A DNA stretch of 38,063 nt from NCBI GenBank assembly GCA_036351615.1, contig JAZBPM010000068.1, positions 1 to 38,063 on the forward strand, written 5' to 3'. The notes below the pieces were generated by a model, which saw nothing but the letters and a program-made list of their open reading frames with translations, was not told the DNA's origin and ran no database searches. This stretch comes from Desulfofustis sp. (lineage in GTDB: Bacteria > Desulfobacterota > Desulfobulbia > Desulfobulbales > Desulfocapsaceae). The first letter of the stretch is position 1, and each line of letters begins with the position of its first letter. The position numbers and the translations under genes are program-made. Shown here piece after piece: positions 10,105-18,793 of this stretch.

Positions 10105-11763
10105 TTAAACGGCCGAGGAAGCGCCGCCGAGATGTCTCTCGAGAAGCTCTGCGGAAAAGGGCGGCTCGAGAAACCGGTCGACACCGCTCTGTCGATAGAT
10201 ATCGGTCATCGCCGCCGTCGTTTGTTCTCCTCTGATCGCCAGAATCAGGGAATGGCGACCGGAATAGGCTTCCAAACGGCGAATCGTCCGAACCGTTTCC
10301 GCCCCCTCGCCGCCATCGTGGTCGATGTCGAGGACAACCAGGTCAAAATGGTGCAGCGATGCCTCGTAGCCGGCGGAGCGAACGGTTTCGGCTATGGTCA
10401 CCCGCCATCCTTTTTCTACAAGATACTCAACAACCGCCTGCTGCTGTGTCATCTCATCGAGAACAATCAGGGCGGCCCTGGTCAGATGTCTGCGCAATAC
10501 CTGATAGAGATCGTCCTTGTTCAACGGTTTTGCCAGGTAATCGTCCATACCGGCCTGCAGACAACGCTCCCGGTCGCCCTGCATCGCGTGTGCGGTCAGG
10601 GCGATGATCGGCAAGTGACCGCCTTGGTCCTTTTCGTGCGTCCGGATCGCCCTGGTCGCTTCCAGGCCGTCCATCCCCGGCATCTGCACATCCATCAAAA
10701 CAGCCCGATAACGGCCACTCAACGCGGCCGTCACCGCCTGACGTCCGTTTTCGGCAATGCCGACCTGCAGACCGACCTGGTTGAGCAGGGTTTCTATCAA
10801 CACCCTGCTGATCGGCTCATCCTCTACGAGCAGGACGGTCGCCCCGTCAAACTGAAACGCTGTCGGAAGGCCTGCCGGCTGCCGGTTTCTAAGCGGCTGC
10901 TCGGATCGCTCCGTCGGCATGGCGGCGTGGCGGCAGGCCCAGGTAAACCAAAACGTCGCCCCCTTCTCCGGTGTTGACTGAAAACCGATTTCACCGCCGG
11001 CCAGGTGAACCAACCGGGCTGCGATGGTCAGCCCGAGACCGCTGTCACAGGAAGGACGGTCAACCGTCGCGTCGCCGTCACTGAGATAGGCCTCGATAAC
11101 GGCTTGCTTTTCCGGGGCGATGCCGCTGCCGGAATCGGTTACCGTGAATTTAAGCAGGATCTGTTCTGCACCGGTCTCACCGAGATATTCGCCCCTGACA
11201 CTGACCCCGCCCTGCTCGGTATTTTTTATCGCATTATCGACCAGGTTGACAAGGACCTGGACCAGCCGATCCGGGTCGCTGTTGACCCAGACGGGAACCA
11301 GAGGGTCGATTCGGGAGGCAAAATCGAGTTGCTTTTGTCGGGCGGCGAGCTGTAACAGGTAGAGTTCGTACTCAAGGCTTTCGGCAAGATTGAAATCTTC
11401 GGCGAACAGACGCAAAGAACCGGCCTCGATGCGGCAGTAGTCGAGCAGATCGTTGACCACTTCGAGGAGCCGCTCGGCCGAGGTGGAAGCCATCTCCAGT
11501 CGACGTCTCTGTTCCGCCCCGAGACTTGACTCCAAAACCAGGTCGGTCATCCCCATAATGCCGTGGAGCGGTGTGCGTAATGCGTGTCCGAGGCTTACCA
11601 GGAAGTCGCTCTTGTTCCGTTCGGACCGCTCGGCCCGCTCAAGTGCCTCTTCGAGTTCCCTTATCCGCCGCTGCTGCTCGACGAGTTTTTCTTGAGCGTT
11701 GATCGCAGCCCCCTTTGCCGTATCACTTTTTTCTGCCCGCTCTCGTGGCATCTCCATCCTCAC
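10105..11763 (-). CDS. cytoplasmic hybrid histidine kinase with two receiver domains
   Basis: HALRTPL, NLVDNAIK, DSGSGI, GLGL; canonical REC (VEDE...LMDVQMP...YLAKP) plus an atypical second REC. Confidence 0.85.
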   Translation of the reverse strand: MRMEMPRERAEKSDTAKGAAINAQEKLVEQQRRIRELEEALERAERSERNKSDFLVSLGHALRTPLHGIMGMTDLVLESSLGAEQRRRLEMASTSAERLLEVVNDLLDYCRIEAGSLRLFAEDFNLAESLEYELYLLQLAARQKQLDFASRIDPLVPVWVNSDPDRLVQVLVNLVDNAIKNTEQGGVSVRGEYLGETGAEQILLKFTVTDSGSGIAPEKQAVIEAYLSDGDATVDRPSCDSGLGLTIAARLVHLAGGEIGFQSTPEKGATFWFTWACRHAAMPTERSEQPLRNRQPAGLPTAFQFDGATVLLVEDEPISRVLIETLLNQVGLQVGIAENGRQAVTAALSGRYRAVLMDVQMPGMDGLEATRAIRTHEKDQGGHLPIIALTAHAMQGDRERCLQAGMDDYLAKPLNKDDLYQVLRRHLTRAALIVLDEMTQQQAVVEYLVEKGWRVTIAETVRSAGYEASLHHFDLVVLDIDHDGGEGAETVRTIRRLEAYSGRHSLILAIRGEQTTAAMTDIYRQSGVDRFLEPPFSAELLERHLGGASSAV

Positions 11764-11803
11764 TCGTGTCCGTGTTCGCCTCGTCTTTCCAGGCCGGCCG
11801 GTA

Positions 11804-11971
11804 ATCGTCGAATAACGAGTGTTATTTATGAAAATCGGCGGGACAGGTTTTAACCTGTCCCCCGCTCACTTTCAAAATCAGCTCCACAGGCTGAGCTCCC
11901 CGAGCCGGCCGGTTCTGCCGACCAAGAGCCGATTTTCATCTATCGTTGCGATGCACCCGTTATATGGCGAT
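11804..11971. repeat. nested palindromic intergenic element (REP/MITE-like)
   Basis: Outer IR of 14/18 bp, perfect 12-bp IR ATGAAAATCGGC (11828-39) / GCCGATTTTCAT (11928-39), inner hairpin GGGACAGGTT-TT-AACCTGTCCC (11840-61). Confidence 0.6.
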
Positions 11972-12059
11972 ATCCTAACACGTCAGTATACAATTTAAAA
12001 CATGATATCGGAGTACTACCGAAGCCGGACCAATTCGGGCAACCGTATCCGGCGACGGT

Positions 12060-14225
12060 TCAGCGAGATCTCTCGAGGTGCCGGATTTCCCAATAGCGGT
12101 GCATGCCTGCGCTGCGTTCACAATCCCGGGGTAACAACACCTTGTCCAGTACCCGGCAGTCAAATGCCTGGTTGATCGATTCATCAAGAGCGGCAGTGCG
12201 AAAACTCATGGTGAACAATAGCTGGCCATCCGGCTGGAGCCGGCGCATGGCCAGACGAATCAGCTCGCTTGACTGGTGGCCGAGGTCCTTTGTTTCACCC
12301 CGTTTCCCCGAAATCGAGATGCCCGACCGTATATTGATGTAAATCAGGTCATAGCTGCTTTCATCCCGCTCGAGCCAGGAGCGTGCGTCGGCAATAACGA
12401 CCCGGTGGTGCTGCGGATAGATGCCGTTGAGCGAAAAATTCCCGCCAACCAGCTCCTGTTGCTCTCCATCGCTGACAACAGTGGTGCTCCGACAGGCACC
12501 ACCAAGGATAGCCTGGACCGTCGCCGCTCCGGACTGATCAGCACAATTGAGAAAGGACCTGCCGCTAGCTGTGGCCCGCAGCCGCAGACGAACCGAGCGT
12601 TGATCGAGAGAAAGTCCGGGTCCACCGGTGGCCGAGAAGTCAAGAAGGAAAAACGCCCCGTCCTCTGAGACCTCGAATCGTTTCGCCGCTTTCTTCCGCT
12701 TGCCCTGACGATCGCCCTGCTCGGTTCGCCGCCCCGTTCGGTGAAGAAAAAGACGATCGCGGCCAACCGACAGCAGTTCCCGGACAACCGTTCTTACCGT
12801 AACCCATCGTTTTTCAGCTGTATCCTGATCAATAGCCCCGGCGCGCGAGAACTCTCTGATATAGACCCACTTCCGGTACAACTCGATAACCACATTGTAG
12901 TCCGGAAGATCACGATCATAGACCCGAAAACATTCCAGATTCTGCTCTTTCGCCCAGCCCAGCCGCTTGCCCAGGTTTTTCTTCAATCTATCGGCCAGGT
13001 CTCTGCCGAGCCCAAGATCGTCCATCGATCCGATCTGCCATGAGAACCCCGTTTCCGATCCGAAAACCCGGCCGACGAATAGTCCGCAGGCCAGCGGTCC
13101 GTTGTACAGACGTCGGGTTTCGTGCCAGGCAATCTGTACCAGATCCGCAAATTCCGGTACTCCGGTAAACAGTGCCACCTGCCACCCTGCGAATCTCGCA
13201 CGCAAACGATTGCCAAGAAAACGGTAAAGATACCGTACGTTTTGTCTATCCGATACGCGTTCACCATAGGGTGGGTTGCAGACCAGCAACCCGGCCGATT
13301 CCGTTGGCTGTAAACGGCTGAGCTCTTGAACCTGGACGACGATTCTGTCTTCCAGGCCCGCCCGAGCAATGTTTTCCCGGGCCGCTGAGACGATCTTCTC
13401 GTCCGCATCGTAGCCAATAATCGGTGGCCAGGGTCGATCCTGGGCGGCCTGTTCGCGCTCGACTGCTTCCTCGATGAGGTGCTGCCAGAGGCGCTCGTCG
13501 TGTCCGAGCCAGTTGGTCAATCCGAAGTAGGACCGATCCAGCCCCGGTGCGGAATCGGCCAACTGCAACGCCGCCTCGATCAGCAAGGTGCCGGATCCGC
13601 ACAGCGGATCGACCAGTGGTATGTCGCCGGACCAACCGCTCAGCGCGATAATGGCCGCCGCAAGGCTTTCCTTGAGCGGGGCGATCCCGCCGCTCGCACG
13701 GTAACCGCGCCGGTGCAGGCTCTCTCCCGACAGGTCCACGGCCAGCGTGGCAGAGGACCCGCGAAGATGCACGGCCAGCCTGACGTCCGGGCGTTTCGGC
13801 TGGACATCCGGTCGCAGACCGCTTTGTTCGCGAAACCGGTCCACCACTGCGTCTTTGACCCGAAGCGCGGCAAACTTGCTGTGCCCGATCGGCGCCCCGG
13901 CGGAAAGCGAGCAGTCTACGGCAAACCGGCTCTCCACCGACAAGTGTTCCTCCCAACGAACAAGACGGGCCTTTTCGTAGAGGTCGTCAGCCGACCCGAT
14001 TTCGAACCGATCGACGACGAGCAATACCCGCGACGCAAATCGCGACCAGAGGCAGGCTCGATAACCGCTCTCCAACATGCCTGACCACTGAACAGCACCG
14101 ACACTCGTTGCCGGCCCACGGCCGCCCCACCGGACAACCTCTTCCGCAACCAGCGATTCGAGACCACCGGCGCAGGTCGCTATGAAAGACACTGCCTGTT
14201 TATCGTTCATCGACTGTTTTGCCAC
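12060..14225 (-). CDS. rlmKL: 23S rRNA methyltransferase RlmKL (RlmL part intact, C-terminal RlmK part divergent)
   Basis: THUMP region, GESLHRRGYR, APLKESLAAA, DPLCGSGTLLIEAA, NPPYGER, FRVYDRDLPDY. Alternative start ATG 14210. Confidence 0.88.
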   Translation of the reverse strand: MAKQSMNDKQAVSFIATCAGGLESLVAEEVVRWGGRGPATSVGAVQWSGMLESGYRACLWSRFASRVLLVVDRFEIGSADDLYEKARLVRWEEHLSVESRFAVDCSLSAGAPIGHSKFAALRVKDAVVDRFREQSGLRPDVQPKRPDVRLAVHLRGSSATLAVDLSGESLHRRGYRASGGIAPLKESLAAAIIALSGWSGDIPLVDPLCGSGTLLIEAALQLADSAPGLDRSYFGLTNWLGHDERLWQHLIEEAVEREQAAQDRPWPPIIGYDADEKIVSAARENIARAGLEDRIVVQVQELSRLQPTESAGLLVCNPPYGERVSDRQNVRYLYRFLGNRLRARFAGWQVALFTGVPEFADLVQIAWHETRRLYNGPLACGLFVGRVFGSETGFSWQIGSMDDLGLGRDLADRLKKNLGKRLGWAKEQNLECFRVYDRDLPDYNVVIELYRKWVYIREFSRAGAIDQDTAEKRWVTVRTVVRELLSVGRDRLFLHRTGRRTEQGDRQGKRKKAAKRFEVSEDGAFFLLDFSATGGPGLSLDQRSVRLRLRATASGRSFLNCADQSGAATVQAILGGACRSTTVVSDGEQQELVGGNFSLNGIYPQHHRVVIADARSWLERDESSYDLIYINIRSGISISGKRGETKDLGHQSSELIRLAMRRLQPDGQLLFTMSFRTAALDESINQAFDCRVLDKVLLPRDCERSAGMHRYWEIRHLERSR

Positions 14226-14274
14226 TCCTTCACACCCTTCGTTTTGACGGACAAAGCAGCTGCCTCATTCCTTT

Positions 14275-14343
14275 CTTGAGGGACCTTGAGGGATCCTTGA
14301 GACGCTGAAAAGTACTTGACCTCTTGATGAATACGGCTAGAAT
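14275..14343 (+). promoter_or_regulatory. pal promoter candidate with upstream CTTGA direct repeats
   Basis: TTGACC(14316)-N16-TAGAAT(14338); CTTGAG at 14275, 14285 and 14296. Confidence 0.45.
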
Positions 14344-14455
14344 AGAGTCTTCAAGAAGGAGCACTCTGCACCACCCTTAACAGGGTACCAATCCGGTTAC
14401 AACAGACAATCGACGACCGGTCCGTCGTCCGCGAAAAATCACCCAGAGGAAAGGT

Positions 14456-15079
14456 ATGAAACAGCCCATTGCCAGGATTCTCGTCGTCGCTGCCGCCATT
14501 GCCCTGTTTGCCGTTTTTACCGGCGGGTGCTCGAAAAAAGCAGTCATTCCGCCGACCGCCACCTCAGGCGGACAGATGTCTTCCGGAAAAGACATCAATT
14601 ACCCGGAAGCTGAAGGCTATTCGGAAGCCAACCTGGCCGCCGAAGGCAATCTCGACGACACCAATATTTCCCACCTGGGGGGAATGGCTCTCGCCGCCGG
14701 AGAAAACGGTGAGGCGTCGGACGCATACAAGCGCCAACACGGACGGTCGTCAAACGGCCTGAGCCCGGTTTATTTCGATTTCGATCAGGCCTCCATCCGG
14801 TCCGATATGGCCGACCGAATGATTCAAAATGCCGACCTGCTCAAGCAGGTCGGCAATCCCGTCATCATCGAAGGGAACTGCGACGACCGGGGAACCAAAG
14901 AATACAACCTCGCTTTGGGTGAAAAACGGGCGATCAACGCCCGTGACTACCTCGTCAATCTCGGCATCGATCCGGCTCGCATCCGGACCGTGAGCTACGG
15001 AGAAGAGCGACCGCTCTTCGTCGAGCAGAACGAGTTTGCCTGGAGTCAAAATCGCCGCGTCGACTTTGTCATCAAGTAG
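14456..15079 (+). CDS. pal: peptidoglycan-associated lipoprotein Pal (OmpA C-terminal domain)
   Basis: Signal peptide with lipobox-like TGGC, VYFDFD, IEGNCDDRGTKEYNLALGEKRA, SYGEERP, NRRVDF. Confidence 0.9.
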   Translation: MKQPIARILVVAAAIALFAVFTGGCSKKAVIPPTATSGGQMSSGKDINYPEAEGYSEANLAAEGNLDDTNISHLGGMALAAGENGEASDAYKRQHGRSSNGLSPVYFDFDQASIRSDMADRMIQNADLLKQVGNPVIIEGNCDDRGTKEYNLALGEKRAINARDYLVNLGIDPARIRTVSYGEERPLFVEQNEFAWSQNRRVDFVIK

Positions 15080-15126
15080 AGAGCGGTTTGTCCCGTCTCC
15101 ACCGGTATAAGACGGGACAAACCTTC

Positions 15127-15813
15127 TTATTCATCGGAGCGGACGACCGCCAGAATCGCCTCCAATACCTGGTCGATCGATCGGGTCGACGTATCGATGA
15201 CCCAGGCGTCGTCCGCTTTCTTCAATGGAGCAACGGCCCGTTCGCTATCCTGGCGATCTCTCCTGACCGTCATCTCCAGCAGCGTTTTTTCATCAACCGT
15301 TTCGCCGCGCTCCCGCATCTGCAGTGCTCGCCGCCGAGCCCGGACAACGGAGTCGGCATCGAGAAAGAATTTGTGACGTGCGCCGGGAAAGACAACGGTT
15401 CCGGTGTCCCGCCCCTCGGCAACAATCTTGCCGCGCCGGCCTAATTCCCGTTGCATCTCGGTCAGTATGCGCCGTACCGCCGGTACTGCCGAAACGGTTG
15501 ATGCCCGCATCGACATCTCCGGTGTTCTGATCAGGGTGCCGACGCGCTCACCGTTGAGCAGCACATCGGTGTCGTCATTCTCGTCAACTGCGGGCAGTAA
15601 CTCGATGGTAATCCCGCTCAGAGCCCGCACGACTGCATCCTCATCGGAACAGTCGATCCCCCTGTTGGCCAGAGACAGGGCGGCGGCCCGGTACATGGCG
15701 CCGGTGTCCAAATAGGTGTAACCGAGACGAGCCGCCAGTTTCCTGCTGATCGTCGATTTACCGACGCCCGCTGGGCCATCGATGGTAATCACCTCGACCG
15801 GTGGCTCAGTCAT
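15127..15813 (-). CDS. cmk: cytidylate kinase
   Basis: ITIDGPAGVGKST, YLDTGAMYRA, EGRDTGTVVFP, RDRQD. ATG 15813 overlaps the end of hisC. Confidence 0.95.
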   Translation of the reverse strand: MTEPPVEVITIDGPAGVGKSTISRKLAARLGYTYLDTGAMYRAAALSLANRGIDCSDEDAVVRALSGITIELLPAVDENDDTDVLLNGERVGTLIRTPEMSMRASTVSAVPAVRRILTEMQRELGRRGKIVAEGRDTGTVVFPGARHKFFLDADSVVRARRRALQMRERGETVDEKTLLEMTVRRDRQDSERAVAPLKKADDAWVIDTSTRSIDQVLEAILAVVRSDE

Positions 15814-16918
15814 AGCCGCACTCCGCCAGGCAGCTCTGCAGTGTCTCGAGAAACCGAGCGTTCTCAGCTGCTGTTCCGACATTGATCCGAATATAGTTGG
15901 GATAGCCGTACGCCTTCATGGAGCGAACGATTACCCCCTGACGCAGCATCGCCTCGTAGAGCGTCGTGGCATCCCCGCCCACATCGATCAGGAAAAAATT
16001 GGTCTGTGACGGAAAACTGCGACAACCGAGTCGCTCTACCCCGGCCATCAGTGTTTTTTTTCCTTCTTCGGTAATCCGCAAGGTTTCTTGATAAAAGAAC
16101 TGATCCTGCAGTGCGGCACTGGCCCCGACCAGGGCCAGTTGATTGACGTTGAACGGCTGTCGTACCTTGTGCAGGCAAGCGGCAACCTCCGGCGCCATCA
16201 AACCGAAACCGACGCGAAGCCCAGCCAGGCCGTACGCCTTGGAAAAGGTTCGCAGGCTGACCACCCCGCATCGGCCGCTACGGGGGGGGAGCAGACTGGT
16301 CGTATCAATCCTCAGCGTTTCGTCCATGAAATCGACATAGGCCTCATCAAGCACGACCAGGATATGCTCCGGCAGCCGTTCAAGAAAATCGAGCAACCGG
16401 AGCCGTGGCAGATAGCTGCCGGTCGGATTGTTTGGGTTGTCCAGGAAAATCAATTTTGTTCGCTCGCCGGCACGGTCGGCGATTGCCGCAAGGTCGTGGG
16501 ACATGTCAGACAGCGCAACGACATGATTGACTCCTCCCCGTATCTGGACAAACTTTTGATACATCAGAAAGGACGGATGGCTGGTGATGACGTCGTCCCC
16601 GGGCTCGACAAAAGCCTTCACCAGGAACTCGATGATCTCGTTTGATCCGTTGCCCAGGACGACCTGTTCCGGCTCAACACCATAGTGTTCGGCAATCGAC
16701 CTGACCAGGTAATGACCGGATCCATCCGGATATCGGTGCAGGTTTTTAAGCGCCTTACTGATTGCCCCGACGGCCAAAGGTGACGGGCCAAGCGGATTTT
16801 CGTTGGAAGCGAGCTTGATGGAGTTGCTGATTCCGTATTCCCGCTCCAGCTCTTCGATCGGTTTTCCGGGCGGATACGGGGTAATGGCAGCAATTGCGTC
16901 GGGAATATATAGTTTCAC
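15806..16918 (-). CDS. hisC: histidinol-phosphate aminotransferase
   Basis: KLASNENP, GNGSNE, NPNNPTG, DEAY, RTFSKAYGLAGLRVG. Confidence 0.93.
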   Translation of the reverse strand: MKLYIPDAIAAITPYPPGKPIEELEREYGISNSIKLASNENPLGPSPLAVGAISKALKNLHRYPDGSGHYLVRSIAEHYGVEPEQVVLGNGSNEIIEFLVKAFVEPGDDVITSHPSFLMYQKFVQIRGGVNHVVALSDMSHDLAAIADRAGERTKLIFLDNPNNPTGSYLPRLRLLDFLERLPEHILVVLDEAYVDFMDETLRIDTTSLLPPRSGRCGVVSLRTFSKAYGLAGLRVGFGLMAPEVAACLHKVRQPFNVNQLALVGASAALQDQFFYQETLRITEEGKKTLMAGVERLGCRSFPSQTNFFLIDVGGDATTLYEAMLRQGVIVRSMKAYGYPNYIRINVGTAAENARFLETLQSCLAECGYD

Positions 16919-16967
16919 GGGTCAGCCTTGCCGGTAAAAGGTAAAGAGGGGAATTCTTCGATCTCGA

Positions 16968-18434
16968 TCAGGCCGTCGGTCGCGGCATGATGGCGCGGTC
17001 AAGCGCCAGGTTCGTCTCCAGATTGTATGCCGCCCGGAGGAGCAGACTTTCTCCAAAATGAGGTCCCTGCAATTGGATACCGATCGGCAAACCATCTCCG
17101 CTATATCCGCCGGGGACAGAAATACCCGGCAGACCGGCGAGATTGGTGGAGAGGGTAAAAATGTCTGACAAATACATAGCCAGTGGATCGTCGAGTTTAC
17201 TCCCCCGCCGCCAGGCTGGCGTCGGCGTAACCGGTGATATCAGCAGGTCGCACGATTGCCAGGCATTTTTAAAATCGTCCAAAATCAGAGTTCTGACCTG
17301 GGATGCCTTCTTGTAATAGGCTTCGTAATAGCCGGATGACAACGCATAGGTGCCGATCAGGATGCGTCGCTTCACTTCGGCACCGAAACCGGCTGAACGG
17401 CTGTTCTTGTACAACTCGATCAGAGAATTTGCCTGTTCGTCGCGGTAGCCATAGGCAACCCCGTCATAACGGGCCAGGTTGGAGCTTGCCTCCGCCGGTG
17501 CGATGATATAATAGGCGGCGACACCGTAATCGATATGCGGCAGGGAGACTTCGACGATTTCAGCTCCGGCCGAACGAAGGGCGGCAACACCGTTCATGAC
17601 GACCTGCCGGACTTCCGGGTCGAGCTCCTCGGGAAAGAACTCCTGTGGCAGGCCAATACGCACGCCGCGCATTCCTGCAACGCAAGCGGCCGAATAGTCT
17701 TCCACGGGCCGATCCACGGACGTCGAATCACGTCGATCATGGCCGCTGATGGCCTGCATCATCACGGCACAATCCTGTACATCGCGGGTCAACGGACCGA
17801 CCTGGTCCAAAGAGGATGCATAGGCGACGAGCCCATAACGGGATACCCGACCATAGGTCGGTTTCATCCCGACGATCCCGCAGAGTGATGCGGGTTGACG
17901 GATGGACCCACCGGTATCCGAACCAAGTGAGGCAAGCACTTCGCCGGCGGCGACGGATACCGCCGAGCCACCGGATGAACCGCCGGCCACATACTCAAGG
18001 TTCCAGGGATTGGCGGGAATTTTGTAGTAACAGGTTTCCGAAGTCGACCCCATGGCGAATTCGTCCATCGCCGTTTTGCCGACAATAACCCCTCCGGCAC
18101 GAAGGATCATTTCGATAACCGTAGCGTCATACGGCGGGACAAAGCCGGCCAGCATTTTCGAGCCGCAGGTCGTCGGGAACGTTTTGGTACACAGCAGATC
18201 CTTCACCGAAAGCGGAATACCGCACAACGGACCGACATGTCCGGCGGCTCGCTGGCGATCGGCTTCATCGGCCTGGCTCAAGGCGATATCGGCATCATGG
18301 GCAATAAAGGCCGCCACCGTCGGCTCAATGGCGTCTATCCGTTCCAGGCAGCTCTTCGTCAATTCGCGGGAGGAAAGATCCCGAGAGGCAAGGCGGGAGA
18401 GCGCCTGGGTGATTGTCAATTCGTATGGTTCCAT
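16968..18434 (-). CDS. gatA: Asp/Glu-tRNA amidotransferase subunit A
   Basis: MDEFAMGS, GGSSGGS, GSDTGGSIRQPA, EVKRRILIGTYALSSGYY. Confidence 0.96.
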   Translation of the reverse strand: MEPYELTITQALSRLASRDLSSRELTKSCLERIDAIEPTVAAFIAHDADIALSQADEADRQRAAGHVGPLCGIPLSVKDLLCTKTFPTTCGSKMLAGFVPPYDATVIEMILRAGGVIVGKTAMDEFAMGSTSETCYYKIPANPWNLEYVAGGSSGGSAVSVAAGEVLASLGSDTGGSIRQPASLCGIVGMKPTYGRVSRYGLVAYASSLDQVGPLTRDVQDCAVMMQAISGHDRRDSTSVDRPVEDYSAACVAGMRGVRIGLPQEFFPEELDPEVRQVVMNGVAALRSAGAEIVEVSLPHIDYGVAAYYIIAPAEASSNLARYDGVAYGYRDEQANSLIELYKNSRSAGFGAEVKRRILIGTYALSSGYYEAYYKKASQVRTLILDDFKNAWQSCDLLISPVTPTPAWRRGSKLDDPLAMYLSDIFTLSTNLAGLPGISVPGGYSGDGLPIGIQLQGPHFGESLLLRAAYNLETNLALDRAIMPRPTA

Positions 18435-18498
18435 GGTTTTTCTCGAAAAAAGCTATCGCTGTGACTGTTCCTTCACAGCTGGCGCAGGCCGTACCGAG

Positions 18499-18783
18499 TT
18501 ACAAGACGCGGGGTACCATAAAGGATTCTTCGTTGTGTTGCGGTGCATTGGCCAACGCTTCACGCTGTGTCAGGGACGGCTTGACCGCATCTTCCCGAAA
18601 GGCATTTGTGACGGACAGTGCGTGCGTGGTCGGTTCAACATCGCGGGTATCGAGCTCGTCGAGCTTGGCAACATAGGACAGAATCGTATCGAGTTGACCG
18701 GTCATTGTCTGCAACTCTTCCCGGCTCAGGTGCAATCGTGCCAGGTGGGCGACATGCTCCACCTCTTGTTGTGAAATTTTCAT
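18499..18783 (-). CDS. gatC: Asp/Glu-tRNA amidotransferase subunit C
   Basis: MKISQQEVEHVAHLARL...FREDAV...NAP...FMVPRVL. Start moved to ATG 18783. Confidence 0.95.
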   Translation of the reverse strand: MKISQQEVEHVAHLARLHLSREELQTMTGQLDTILSYVAKLDELDTRDVEPTTHALSVTNAFREDAVKPSLTQREALANAPQHNEESFMVPRVL

Positions 18784-18793
18784 CGGTTTACTG

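Noticed and set aside
8458-10977. Long plus-strand ORFs 8458-9585 (375 aa) and 10102-10977 (291 aa)
   Set aside because: They are antisense shadows of well-supported minus-strand genes in GC-rich DNA and show no recognisable motifs.
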